Shown here: positions 1 through 11,869 of the stretch, one piece after another
How the letters are laid out: each line of letters opens with the position of its first letter
Position numbering within the stretch: position 1 is the stretch's first letter
From: Phoronis australis
Taxonomy: Eukaryota > Animalia > Phoronida
Length of the DNA stretch: 64,000 nt
Direction of reading: 5' to 3'
NCBI GenBank assembly: GCA_002633005.1
Contig: NMRA01000070.1
Coordinates: forward strand, 124,001-188,000
Translations under genes and position numbers: made by a program
Notes under the pieces: generated by a model
What the model saw: only the letters and a program-made list of their open reading frames with translations
Told to the model about the DNA's origin: nothing
The model's database searches: none

Positions 1-235
1 CGGTGATAAGTTACCATGCTTGTTTGCATAGTCCACTCTTGATAGAAACCATAAAATACTGAGATAAGATCCACAGTAACAACACATTCCAAAAGGGTTC
101 AGCCAGAAAGTCTCACTTTTCTTCAACATTGACCTGGTACAATAGGTGCACTGTAAGTTATGAATTCAATCAACAGAGGGCTCTTAATTAACAACTCCAA
201 AGGGACAATGATCCAGTTGTTGACCCCTCAATGTA

Positions 236-515
236 CAGTAAAAATTCTCCAATTTGGGACAGTTTCTAGAATTTGGGACAGTTTCTAGAACTTTGGTCTA
301 GGAAACTCCCACAAAAACTTAATTTTCCTCATTCCATAATTAGGGACAAGGCCAGTTTTGGTATTTACAATATTTCTCAAAATTCAATCTACAGACTGAG
401 CAATTTTCTGTCCAGTCATTCTTGCATTTGGGACAGCCAATAGAATTTGAGGCAAGATCCAACCTTGAGCAAAATAATTAATTTTTCACTGTCCCAAACT
501 GGAGAACTTTTACCA
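236..515. mobile_element. MITE, Tc1/mariner-pogo type (TA target)
   Basis: Imperfect TIRs CAGTAAAAATTCTCCAATTTGGGACAG ... CTGTCCCAAACTGGAGAACTTTTACCA, flanked by TA on both sides. Internal AATTTGGGACAG repeats. A related end occurs at ~47568. Confidence 0.7.
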
Positions 516-795
516 TAGTATTTAGCTCAATCCATGATTTAAACAGGAGAAGTGTTAAGCTCAATTTATACATTCCAGTGAAGGGACAAAGCAGACATTC
601 TGTCCTTGAAGGGGCATATGGTGCCCCTGTGATGTGGTTTATTCACAGAAGTTAAAGATGGTTGTAAACCAACAGTGACTATGCATAATGTATATAACTA
701 TGCAAATTCCATATTTCGGAACAAAGCTAGGAAGATTTCTTCACACAGAGACGGAGAGGTTTATAAGGAACCTTTGTCTGAAGAAAGGAGCCTGA

Positions 796-1217
796 GGCCA
801 GCTGCATGAAACAGTCCCAAATAGGGACCCAACTATGCTCTATAAATCTACTGCGTATTTGTGCGCTTGTGAAAACACTCTTTCTTTTGTTGTTTGAGTC
901 TCATTAGTAAGACAATTTTTGGCATTGATACAAATCCAAAGTGAAGTCTGTGTTGAATTCCATTGAAAATTAGTAGGGATCTTTTTATGCAACGCCATTA
1001 ATTTAAGGACTAAGTCCCTATTATTTTGGCTGAATTAAGGGCTCTGTTTTTTTAATTATTTTATTAGAAAATGTCATTAGTCAAAGAGGAGCTCATAATA
1101 AAGATGAAATGATAGCAAAATACTACATCTGTGAGTAGAGATTTAAGCCACAAATACTCAGTATATTTAGGGAACTATGCCGAGTCCCTATTAGGGACTG
1201 TTTCATGCAGCTTGGCC
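796..1217. mobile_element. MITE with long imperfect TIRs (PIF/Harbinger-like ends)
   Basis: GGCCAGCTGCATGAAACAGTCCCAAATAGGGAC at the left end is inverted-complementary to GTCCCTATTAGGGACTGTTTCATGCAGCTTGGCC at the right end. Confidence 0.7.
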
Positions 1218-1219
1218 AA

Positions 1220-1329
1220 GGGGCCTGTTTCACCAACTTTAAGGTGACAACTGTTAACACTGGTTGTAGATCTTTGTTTAGAATCTGTGCAAAAAAACGC
1301 AGCCAAGACGTTTTAGTTAAACAGGCCCC
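1220..1329. mobile_element. Small MITE abutting the previous one
   Basis: TIR GGGGCCTGTTT ... AAACAGGCCCC. Confidence 0.5.
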
Positions 1330-2901
1330 AGTCTTCTAAAGGAGATATTATATGCCAGTACATACTGCAGTTGGATTCTTTTTAACATTGTAAATACCAT
1401 CATAGATAATTACTCCATGTTTTAATAATTGTAGACAAGTTGTACTCAAAATAAACATCCACGTATTCTTGAAATTTGTCCTTATAATTGCTTGGTCTCT
1501 CTTCAATAAGAAATGCATTTGGGAGAACACCGGTGCAATTTTTTGCAAACTTTACAAAATCACACAAAATCATGCAGAAAAAAAGAAATATTGAGTTTCC
1601 TGACTAGTACCATAGACTATAGTACATGGACCAACAACTCTGTATGAACAAAATCTGTGGTTGTATGCGCAAGACACAACCAACACTGCAGACCTCGAAG
1701 TCACTATTCACTAGCAGCACCTGTGTCAGTGAGTTATGGTTTACTTCCCGCAAGTAAGTCGTCTGCTCACTAATTGGAAAGTGGCTCCTCTTCTGGGAAA
1801 CCCAAAACAAAATATTGGAGTTATGAATCTATGTCAGTAATCATAGAGTAGAAAAATAGTCGCAACTGTGATTGGATGGCGAGATTGGTATGTTAAACTA
1901 TAAAGGTAAATTGTGTTTTCCAGTGACTGATGACACAGAGCATACACAAGTTTATTGCCAGTCTGTTCAAATGTCATTCTTTACTGTTGCATAAACCAAA
2001 ACAAACAGACATTCAATGCTCATTCAACAACAAAAAATCCATTTGCCAATAATCACATACAGAACAACCAAAGAAAGGCATACACTACATATCTATGAGT
2101 GGTGGAAAGCTTTTATCTAGGGATAGACAAAGCATTATGACAAGTGTTAACACGCATGAAATCCACTCACTGAAAAAAACCTTACATGAGGATGGAAACG
2201 TAGGTGTCATTAACAAACAAGTTCAAAGTAAATGAATTTTTACCAGCTCAACATCGCCACGAACAATGAAAGTCCTATTTTAACGCCTTTTCATACTAAC
2301 TTAATAACACCGCTAACACCGCTATGAGAGGAGCGTTGATGTAAAGTTGCCTAAAACAAAAAAAGAAATGGTAATTTAGAAAACTGTAACAGTTTTTTGA
2401 TATCTTGCCTCGAACATTTATGTGAAATAAAATTTGATCAGTACTGTTGTTTTGCCATCAATGTACCTTTCTTTTTTGCTTAATTTTTCTTAAAAAACAA
2501 AGTCATGTGACTCAAATAATAACTAACTGGTAAAAAGTAAAAAAATCAAATTCCACAGGCCTCTTACTTTCAGAAAATATATACCTTAGCTGAGTTAATG
2601 GCTACACTTTTCTAAATATTTTGCAAAATGCAAAGACTTGTTGATAAGGTTACACATAACCTTAACAGTTAGGGAGGTGTGTATTACTAGACATCTTCCG
2701 AACTGTAAAACTGACTGTGTAAGAATAAGGTAACGCAAGAAATTCTCACGAAGTTGCCTTGTGCAAAATAAATGTGGGTCAAAATATTATTTTGAATTGT
2801 AAATAATTTTAGGTGTGTGAAATACGGCGAGTGAGCTAAATAAGAAGATAATTACTGTACTAGACAGAATAAACCCTCCAATTGCAAGACAAACGAAGAT
2901 A

Positions 2902-3114
2902 CCGTAAACGTTCGGGTTAACACCCATGCTCAGTTAACCGCCCACCCCCTACTTTAGGTGGATTTTCGATTTAACCGCCCACTGCTCGGTTAACCACCCA
3001 TCTGCGATTTTTGATGATTTCCAGTTAAGCGCCCACCTCTCGGTTAAGCGCCTATCCCCGATTTTTTGGGTTTGCCAATTTAACCGCCCAGGGCGTTAAC
3101 CCGAACGTTTACGG
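2902..3114. mobile_element. MITE, Tc1/mariner-pogo type
   Basis: TIR CCGTAAACGTTCGGGTTAACACCC ... GGGCGTTAACCCGAACGTTTACGG. TA on the left, CA (mutated TA) on the right. Internal TTAACCGCCCA repeats are shared with 32735..34107. Confidence 0.8.
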
Positions 3115-4314
3115 CATATTCAAGAGCATATAGTTATCATTACTTTGTGGATTCTACAATCCAAGACAATTTGTTGGGTTGGAGAAATGTACTTTCCTAC
3201 ATAAGCTGTTCCCTAAATTGTAGATTTTCAATTAGTGAACAAGCAACAAGCAAGTGAAAGTTGTCAAAAAAATAAGCTTCTTCCAATTAAAACACAATAT
3301 GGCGGAACAGTAAAATTTTACGTTATCCAAGTTTTCAACAGTAGAGTAAACGAGAAGACTATTTTACTTGACTATGTGAAAATTTATATAGTACGCCTGT
3401 CATCAAGAAACAAACAATGAAATTTAAGCATTTTTAGCAATATAGTGAGTGTTTGAAAAATGAAAAAATGTAAATTTTTATCATTATTTTTTGTTCGAAT
3501 GTAAGGAATTCTTTACCAAAGCTTCTATGTCAGTTTTCAGCTTCGATAAAAACTGCTGCGTGCGAATTATATCGAGACTTCTGTAGCATGTCTACCAACT
3601 TTGATTTTGTTTAGTAAGGCCATGTGTTTCAAATGTTATTTATGGTAACATCTCACCAATTACGAACCAAAATAACTGCCAATTTTGACCTTTTTTCATT
3701 TTTCAAAGGCTTCTAACACTGTTGCGAATGCCTATAAATCTTCAAAATATTGTCTGGTGGTAGCGGTGGTACTTAGTTTGAAAAGCATTCATTTGTGTTA
3801 CGTAACTTTTATGAAAAAATGAGAAAATAAAATTTCACTCGTGTCCTAAATTGGTGAGATTTTACTGTGTCATGTAAATAATGGTCATAACGTGTTCAGA
3901 TTGTAATTTTGTCAGCCGGTAATTTTCAAAGCAATTGGACAATTTTTTTACCAAATGCAATAGAAGCACATATTCATATTGATTCAATTACTATTTGGAA
4001 AAGTGTCATTGTAGATACAGAGGTAAACTTTGAATACTAAAACTGACACTAGGGGACACTGCGGTAGTTGAAATTAAAATATCACTTGAGCCGATGACTA
4101 AGAGGCAACATAGCCACCCACCAAGCTGACGGCACATCCCTACTGAATTCTTGTTGGATATTTTCCATGACCAAGCATCATGATCTTACCAATCCACCCA
4201 CAGATGCAGTGATAATCAGGTTTTTAAAAGAGTGGGTTTTTTGTAACTATTGAAGAATCAAGTTGACAAAATGTATAAGATGTGCACTGTTTCAATTGCA
4301 GCAAAAGACGAGCT

Positions 4315-5868
4315 ATGAACAAGTTTCTGCCAACGCTGCTTGCCTCCATTATACTAGTGCCGTCTGTTCAGTCGGCAGTATGTCAGAGTGGGCCAGCACA
4401 ATGTCAGTGTGAAGAACGCCAGGGAAGTTTCAACGCGTGGTGTACGGGGCTGACAGAAATACCCACAAACCTACCAGAAAATACTAATATTCTGGACATA
4501 CGGGACTCAGACATCGAACGAATTCCTGGAAACGTCTTTAAGCCATACAAGAACCTGAAGCAGTTGCGAATTGAAAACTCTAAGGTGAAAATCATCGGCA
4601 GCGGCGCATTCAACTATCTTAATAAGTTGGAAACTCTGATCCTCAGTAACAACCCTATTGAGAATTTGCATCTGGATACAACTAATATCGGTTTAATGGG
4701 CTCCCTTAAAACCTTGAAATTAAACAGCTGTGGCCAGAAGGTTCTAACTGCCGCTATGTTCAAAAACACACCAAACGTTCAAATAGTCGATCTTGGGAAT
4801 AACGATATACAAACTGTGCCTACAAATGTTTTTGGAACTTATATCCGTGAACTTTACCTAGACGGAAACCCACTGACAGCTATTGCAAATGGCTATGCTG
4901 GACTAAATAACCTAATTTATCTAAGCCTTGAAAACTGTCAGATAGGTGCAGTCAGCAAAGAAGCATTTATTAATACCAAACTTCAGATGCTGAATCTGCG
5001 ACTTAACAGATTAAATGCAGACAGTATTGAGGACATTACCTTCCGACCAGTTCAGAATTATCTGACAGATTTAGACTTTAGTCAGAACGCCTTGGGTAAG
5101 GTACAACCAAAAGTGTACCAAGGAGTGGGGGGTCTAAGACGGCTAAATCTCTCTCAAACCGGACTCACTTCCGTACCAAGCAGCATGTTTACTGATCTTG
5201 TGAAGCTGCAAGACCTAGATTTGTCAAAGAACGACTTTAGAACAATGAGCTCTAACGAGTTGTCTGCCATACTCAAGACAAAAGCAAAAGTATATCTATG
5301 TGGCAATCCTTGGCACTGTGACTGTGGCATAAAGGAAATGCGCGACTGGAGCAACGGTCCTGATGTAAGAATTGACAACCCGGATATGTGCCTGAAGTGT
5401 GCAACGCCAAAAGACATGAAGGGTAGATTGATGAAAGGACTTGAAGACAAGGAGATTGAGCAATGTGTTACGGAGAATGGCGCACTTCAGGCAGGAACCA
5501 TTGCAGGAATAGTTGTCGGTGGCGTTCTGTTTATTGTTATTATCCTCATTATTATCATTGTCTGTTGCCGTAAGCGAAGAACAAGTAATGAAGACAAATC
5601 AAAAGTGATCAGTTCCAGACAAGAATCGCAAGGGCAAGACGGACTCGATGGTCCACAGAAGCCGACTTCAAAGTCGTCCTCACAAGCAGAGGACAATAAT
5701 GATGGCAAGAAAATAGAATATATCGGCGATGATGCTGTGTTCTATCAAAATGAGGAAGAACAAAAGAGTGTAAAAAGAACACCAGACACATTAAAGAGCG
5801 CATCAGTTTATTCTGTGCAACAGTTACCGAAAGAAGAGCCAAAATTGCCAAAAGAGACTACATTTTAG
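4315..5868 (+). CDS. Type I transmembrane leucine-rich repeat protein, 517 aa (signal peptide, LRRNT, ~11 LRRs, LRRCT, TM, ~100-aa tail, PDZ-type C-terminus)
   Basis: A splice acceptor TTGCAG ends at 4301, followed by ATG at 4315 and signal peptide MNKFLPTLLASIILVPSVQSA. LRRNT CQSGPAQCQC; LxxLxLxxNxI repeats; LRRCT YLCGNPWHCDC..CATP; TM IAGIVVGGVLFIVIILIIIIVCC followed by RKRR; ends ETTF-stop. The coding sequence is intronless. Confidence 0.93.
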   Translation: MNKFLPTLLASIILVPSVQSAVCQSGPAQCQCEERQGSFNAWCTGLTEIPTNLPENTNILDIRDSDIERIPGNVFKPYKNLKQLRIENSKVKIIGSGAFNYLNKLETLILSNNPIENLHLDTTNIGLMGSLKTLKLNSCGQKVLTAAMFKNTPNVQIVDLGNNDIQTVPTNVFGTYIRELYLDGNPLTAIANGYAGLNNLIYLSLENCQIGAVSKEAFINTKLQMLNLRLNRLNADSIEDITFRPVQNYLTDLDFSQNALGKVQPKVYQGVGGLRRLNLSQTGLTSVPSSMFTDLVKLQDLDLSKNDFRTMSSNELSAILKTKAKVYLCGNPWHCDCGIKEMRDWSNGPDVRIDNPDMCLKCATPKDMKGRLMKGLEDKEIEQCVTENGALQAGTIAGIVVGGVLFIVIILIIIIVCCRKRRTSNEDKSKVISSRQESQGQDGLDGPQKPTSKSSSQAEDNNDGKKIEYIGDDAVFYQNEEEQKSVKRTPDTLKSASVYSVQQLPKEEPKLPKETTF

Positions 5869-6180
5869 CGAGCTTGAAGGAAATGTACAAATGTCAATTT
5901 TATATAAAGCTATCAGCAACAGGGTTTTCCTATTTTTGAAGTAAACCCATCTTTGTCACAGGGTTTAATGAATGTTTTATAAACAAAAATGTTGAATGTT
6001 GCATTCTTTGGATGCGCTGAGATTGACTTTGTCTCATGAACTTCAGTCATTAACTTAAAAACAGCTAAACACTGGTCTTCCGTCAAACCAGAGATTTTTT
6101 GACTTAGGTCGTCTGCTTCCAGTAAACTGGTCTCAACTTGATCCTTACTCAGATAAGAAATGGTTTCTAAGCTTGCAAAG

Positions 6181-6468
6181 AATTGTCAGTAAGTTATTCC
6201 TTGAGACCATCGGTTCCTAAAATGACGTGTCATGACACATCAACTTGAAGAGCCTGGTCTCCAGCAATAACGAATTGTTATTCCTTGAGACCATCAGTGT
6301 CGACCATCTATATATAAAATGATGTGTCATGACACATCAACTTGTAGAACCTTGTCTCCAGCAATATCCAATTGTCAGTCAGTTATTCCTTGAGACCATC
6401 GGCGCATAAAATGACGTGTCATGACACGTCAACTTGTAGAGGCTGGTCTCCAGCAATAATGAACTGTC
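6181..6468. repeat. Three ~95-100-bp imperfect tandem units, each with a central palindrome
   Basis: Unit GTTATTCCTTGAGACCATC..AAAATGACGTGTCATGACACRTCAACTTG..TGGTCTCCAGCAATA, three times. Perfect 20-bp palindrome TGACGTGTCATGACACGTCA at 6412..6431. Confidence 0.85.
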
Positions 6469-7429
6469 ATTTCTTTCAAAGCCCTGAGATCACCTTAAAT
6501 TTTATAACAGAACAATTTGAGACCAATTTCATAATGTTATCTTTCGTGGTCTAAATCAAGAGCTGTTTTTAGGATAAAAGGTGCATTTATATTTTATACA
6601 GAATGAGATTATCATAGTTTCATGTTGCATTTTGAATCCAGTATCCTGTATAACATTACCCACTAGCCAGCTGCCCACAGAGGGTGCTGCTCATAGAGGG
6701 TATTTGACCTTACAAAATTGGCTATAAATCCTCCGATCAATGTTTGGCTCTTCGGATAGGACATTCCATGTATATATATATGAAGGCGATCACGCACTGT
6801 GAAACCCCATTGTTTCTGGTAAAATTCCTTCAGATGGTTTAACCAATTGTTACCCCAAGGAAAAATTGAGCCATGGTTATTCATTAAACATCGCATGATT
6901 CTCAAGTAAGAGAAAATTACCAATTCAGACAACTATTTTTCACATACTGGACAGACACAGTAGTTTTAAAAAATGTTGATTTTGAAACAGTTTATCTAGC
7001 TTTGTCAAAACACATTAAATCACCAAGAAAATTACCTAAAGTTTTTCGAAATTTCAATTTTCAACAAGAAATTTCATCAATTTTTTAAAAGAGATTACTC
7101 TGTCAATTGTAATGCATGCTACTTAGTAACTGATATTTGCGCTTTAAAAGCTTGTTGAAATCCGTTTTTGAATCATTGATTAATATACATTACGAGTATA
7201 CTGAATGCGTTATATTGACTCTATCTTTTGTCTATACATGAGACAATGCACTGGGGTTCTATACATATTACCAGGTGATATCTTTCTTATTTCCAATTTG
7301 TGAGCCAAGTCAGTTTTATTTTATTCACAGAAGGGCAAAAATACATTTCTTGGCCATTTACAATTTAACTTCTTTGTCCCTTCGCACACAATGACACTAC
7401 TAAATAGCCAGTGATATATCCATAAAGGA

Positions 7430-8570
7430 ATTTTCATGCGTCCGCAATGTGGTCACATATTGCCATCCTGTCCGGCAGTCCAAATGTCTTCTTGATATCT
7501 CAAAATCGTCTGATTGCATTTTGATGAAATTTGGTAGAAATGAGCACCACTTTTGAATCTGCTATGCCCACCAAAGTCAGAGGGGCGAGGCTTTTCATTG
7601 TTTTTTGGGAATAGCATTTCCTGATATCTAGCGAAACAATTGAGATTCCGATGAAACTTGACATAGAAGTACATGATGACAGTACGCCACCACCAGTTGA
7701 TTTTTAGCAAATTTGGCCACTGCAGTGCCTACTATAGGCTGGTTAAGTGTCTTTTTCAGTACTTTTGGTAGAAAGAGTGTTTTCTCAAGATATCTGGAGA
7801 AACAACTGAAATATTTCAATGAAACTTGACACATTGCACTGGCAACTGCAGCTCTTCCTGGTGGCTATTTTGTCTAGTTGCCCTGCTGTTCAGTTGCCTG
7901 CTCCACACCTCATAATCCCCTGGATGGATCTTTATGAAATTTGGCACAAGTGTGCAAGCCATCACTAGGGCGAAGCTCGTCACTTTCAATCTGCCTTGCC
8001 CCTAAGGTCAAAGGGGTGGGGTTTTTCAATGTTTTTGGAAGAGGTTTCAGGATGATATCTAGAGAACCAATGCTTATATTTTCATATGGTATCCAGAGAA
8101 CTTAAAACATCTGGCCACATCTTGATAAAATTTGGTACCTGTTTATAGGGCATTATTAGAACAGTACATGCCACTTTCAATCTGCCTCGCTCCCAAGGTC
8201 AGAGGGGTGGAGTTTTACATGATTGCATTCAGTGTTTTGGAGGAAGGAGCGTACTTAGAAAACTGATCGACAAATTTCAATGGAACTTGGTATCTGACAA
8301 CAACGTGCTGGCACCACTCGATTTTCGGGAGGATTCAACCACTGCAGCACTCCTTAATGGCTGTTCTGGTCTCGACAGGTGGCTTCTCGAGTACTTTTGG
8401 GTGGAAGCGCATGCGCAGATGATATCTACAGAACAGATCAACATATTTAAATGAAACCTGACATAGAGCTATGTGATGACACTGCACCACCACCACTTTA
8501 GCTCCCCTAGTGGCCTTTTTATCCTGATGTCATGTGGTCCAGTCGTCTGCTCGAAGTATCAGCTGAGGTT
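7430..8570 (+). mobile_element. Old degenerate HINE/Helentron-like repeat
   Basis: Starts TTTTCATGCGTCCGC. Recurrent (A)TGAAATTTGG / TGAAACTTG and CTCCCCTAGTGGC motifs resemble the family A elements in the Piwi introns. Confidence 0.45.
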
Positions 8571-10410
8571 TTTCAAATTTCAGCTACAGAACCCTGTCTG
8601 GTAATACGTTACAAAAATTTATCATCTCTCTTGAGTGAAATCAGGTTAAAAACATTCTGGGGACTACCCAACAATTAACGGATCTACCGTCCTCATGCTT
8701 TATAATTTCACTGGGTAGCAAAACCCGAGTGAGTTAGGACTTGAGATGATTAAGCCGCAACAAAAAACCACCAAGCATATTGATTTTTCAACAAAGAAAC
8801 AAAATTTTCCAGCTCAAAACAGTGCGCTCCTCACCTGAATTGCAGTAACGTAGCACCCACGCTTGATTTTTACTACCAGCACAACAATGGACTCTCAAGA
8901 CATGAGTTGCCACAAATCATTTCACTGCGAAAAATTATCCTTTGACAGACTGAGTTTAAATTTTACTTGTTAGACGAAAGAGGTTGACGTGAAATGTTTA
9001 CAATCATTGTTCACTGTTCTATAACAATCTAGGACTATATAACTCCCAACTAAGAATAGAGGGCCGCGATTAATTCATCAAAATCACAAGCTGGCCAAAC
9101 GGTGGCACTTAACCGGGATGAGCGTAGTAAACTGTAGTTAATCGGCTGAATGTCTGTGATGAAAAACTATTCAAGTGTGAGAAGCATAAGCTTTTTTTTA
9201 ACTTATTGGTCTCACAAATTTCAACTATTCAAGACCTATGGGCAACTAAGTGTTCGTCCTGTGACGAGCTGTATAGTGCTCTCAATTAAGCTCCAGTAGT
9301 AACCTAATCGAATGAGGTGCAACAAAAATTCTTCCCGGTACTTTTAATCTCACCAACAAATTGCCCACATACATCAGGTATACTTTCTGAAGTTACTTTG
9401 GGAGCAGATTTATTTTAGGACCTAGGCCTTGGTCGCCTCGCTCACTGTTCAAGGTAAGTAGAAGGCCGAAGTTTACTCCAAGTCAAATACACTGAGCACA
9501 GCCAAATCAAAACCTTATTATTCATTGAATCATTCTTAAAGAGTGAATATCACTTCCTGACTTCTTGGTAAATCTAAAATGACTACGTGTTACTCAGCTC
9601 CAGATCATGCTAAGTGTAGATTTTTATGGGTTTTTCCCTACGAATATCGCCAGGGTGACCCCATGGGTACCAGTAGGTTCTTTACAACTTGTGTCACCTT
9701 GATAAACGTTGAAATCATATGCAACTGGTACTTTAAGTTAAAGGTTAACCCTGATGAGTACTTAAATCTTGACAGGTTTTACTTCACAAGAGCTTTAATA
9801 CCTCAAAAACAATACTAAGACAATAAGTAAAAATAAGAGCATCAATATAAAACTTGCGTGGTTTTCTTTGTTTAAATGTAATTACTGTAAACTATTGCTG
9901 CAAATGCACATAATATCAACTGCAGGTTTGATAACAGCGTAACGTAAACTCACATTCATGTGTTTCAGTTGAGAGGCCTTAGTTTTCTGCAACAAGGGAA
10001 AATTGACTGATGGAATCTGACTTCTACTCAAAATTACACATTTCAAATGGAATTTACATGATTCAGTAACAGATAGTAGATACCCAAATTCAAGTATATA
10101 TTTGATTTTGATATTTCCAAAAGTTAAAAATGCCAAATTTAGTGATTTTGACCACAAATTGACATTTCACCAATTTTTGACATGGAAACCTGAGAATTCA
10201 CCACAATTTTCTCAACAGTTGCAATTTGAAATAACACCGAAACAAAATATATGTAAACAAGTTTTAAAAACAGGTGACACTAGTACAATAGCCAGTAGAG
10301 GGCCCTGCAGTTACTCACACTGTGAGCGTGTGATTGGAATGCGCCGGCGATACACCCCGTTCAACACTTAATGGTTGGTTAAATCTACAATTTCGAAAGT
10401 AGCAGCCACC

Positions 10411-10785
10411 ACTTACTCAATGTCTTTCAAAAACAGCGTCAGTATTGGCACAAACCCAAAGGCCGAGGGCAGGCAAACTTCTTGCCCCACCTGCTTCACA
10501 CCTTTCCGACGACTACCAGCGACCTCTCGTTTGTCTCGCGAGCACCAACAAGCAGATTGTGCGGGATTTCGGGCTCGGAAGACTAGGGGCACTGTTTAGT
10601 TTATGTTGCTTAAGTCCAGGTAAGTTACATTTTACATTGAAAACAATACGTAGCACAATCTATGTCGATTTTGTTAACACCATCACTGATTATGGGATAC
10701 GCTTTAACAGGCCAAATGTTGTGTGTTGATATCATGGCATCATCTGTTGGCATCGTTAGAGCCATGCCGTTATACAAGATGGCGG
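10411..10785. promoter_or_regulatory. Candidate bidirectional promoter with divergent first exons
   Basis: CpG-rich patch. Minus-strand donor GTAAGT at 10416..10411 and plus-strand donor CAG|GTAAGT at 10619/10620. TCTCGCGAG at 10534 lies between them, and YY1-type CAAGATGGCGG at 10775. Confidence 0.5.
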
Positions 10786-11378
10786 TGCGCCAGGGCACAA
10801 ATAAGTCGACCGTTATTAGGTTACTCAGTATCTAAGTTGAGCGCGGTAGGATCGACGAAATGCTGTCATTCACAATTTTCAGTCAAGTAGCGAATGGGAT
10901 ATCACCCTGTTCTGTGTTTTGGTTATATTTTTGTGAATTCGATCATATTGGGAACAGAAATAACTTTTAAGAAAGTTCGATTCGATAGTTGCTTAGTTGA
11001 CAGTGACCACCGTCTGTAGCTGACTAGATACTGTGTAGCTCCTATAGGAGCTTCATATGTTGGAAACTTTTCGGTGAATTATGCCTCGCACTGACTGAAA
11101 CATCAAAGTCACGTTGTTATAAACACCTTTTGCGCGTTAGAGGGACACCGTAGGCTTAGGAGGCCGTCAATGTATTTAATTCCTTCCAACTCGAAGAAAT
11201 ATTCCCATTGTCAAACTTTTTCTTGGTGTAGCCCCTCATTCTGTTCCCAAAATTGGTTACTGGCCATTTTCACACTGCGCACGCCAGCAGATGTGGCGTC
11301 ATACCACCTGCTGCGCGCAGTGTTAAAAATGGGGCCAAGGCTATGTGTGTAGTCCTGATTGATAGGACTGGATGCTGG

Positions 11379-11520
11379 ATCAAAATTTGAGGATGGTGGC
11401 TCAAAATTTGGGGATGGTGGTTTGGTGGCTCAAAATTTGGGGATGGTGGTTTGGTGGCTCAAAATTTGATCGAGGTGGTCAAATTAGAGCGTGGGGCCTC
11501 AAAATTTGAATGAGGTGGCC
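11379..11520. repeat. Minisatellite, ~29-bp unit TCAAAATTTGGGGATGGTGGTTTGGTGGC
   Basis: Two exact copies plus degenerate flanking copies. Confidence 0.8.
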
Positions 11521-11772
11521 TACCTCGTGGTGAAAATGCTGCAATGAATGAAAGTGGTAAGTTTGACCATTGCCCAGGTGAAATAAGTTACTCCAGGTAA
11601 TGACTTTTCCTTACCTCTGTATGCATTACTTCATTTGAGGATATTGAAGAGATTTCCATTGAGTAAGTCGGTATTTGACTGGATATTTATTGTAGTGATT
11701 TGAATTTGCATTAAATTAGTAGTAGTAGAAAGCTAAGAATGGGTTAAAGAGGGTTTTTGAAGGTTCCGTTTA

Positions 11773-11865
11773 CATCCAGTGATCATCTTGCGTCCAGTGG
11801 TCATCTAGCATCCAGTGGTCATCTTGCGTCCAGTGAGTCATCTAGCATCCTGTGGTCATCTAGCA
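11773..11865. repeat. Minisatellite, 18-bp unit with alternating variants
   Basis: CATCCAGTGGTCATCTTG / CGTCCAGTGGTCATCTAG, about 5 units. Confidence 0.8.
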
Positions 11866-11869
11866 TTAA

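Noticed and set aside
4282-4314. Upstream in-frame start given by the ORF track
   Set aside because: It is a GTG lying before the acceptor at 4301. The ATG at 4315 starts a proper signal peptide.
5154-5851. Antisense ORFs over the LRR gene and most other 60-130-aa ORFs in the track
   Set aside because: They are shadows of real exons, repeats or chance ORFs with no recognisable motifs.
8836-8925. Minus-strand coding exon (TTTTCGCAG acceptor, CAG|GTGAGG donor)
   Set aside because: Stops follow both ATGs. At most it is a UTR exon, and that cannot be supported from sequence alone.
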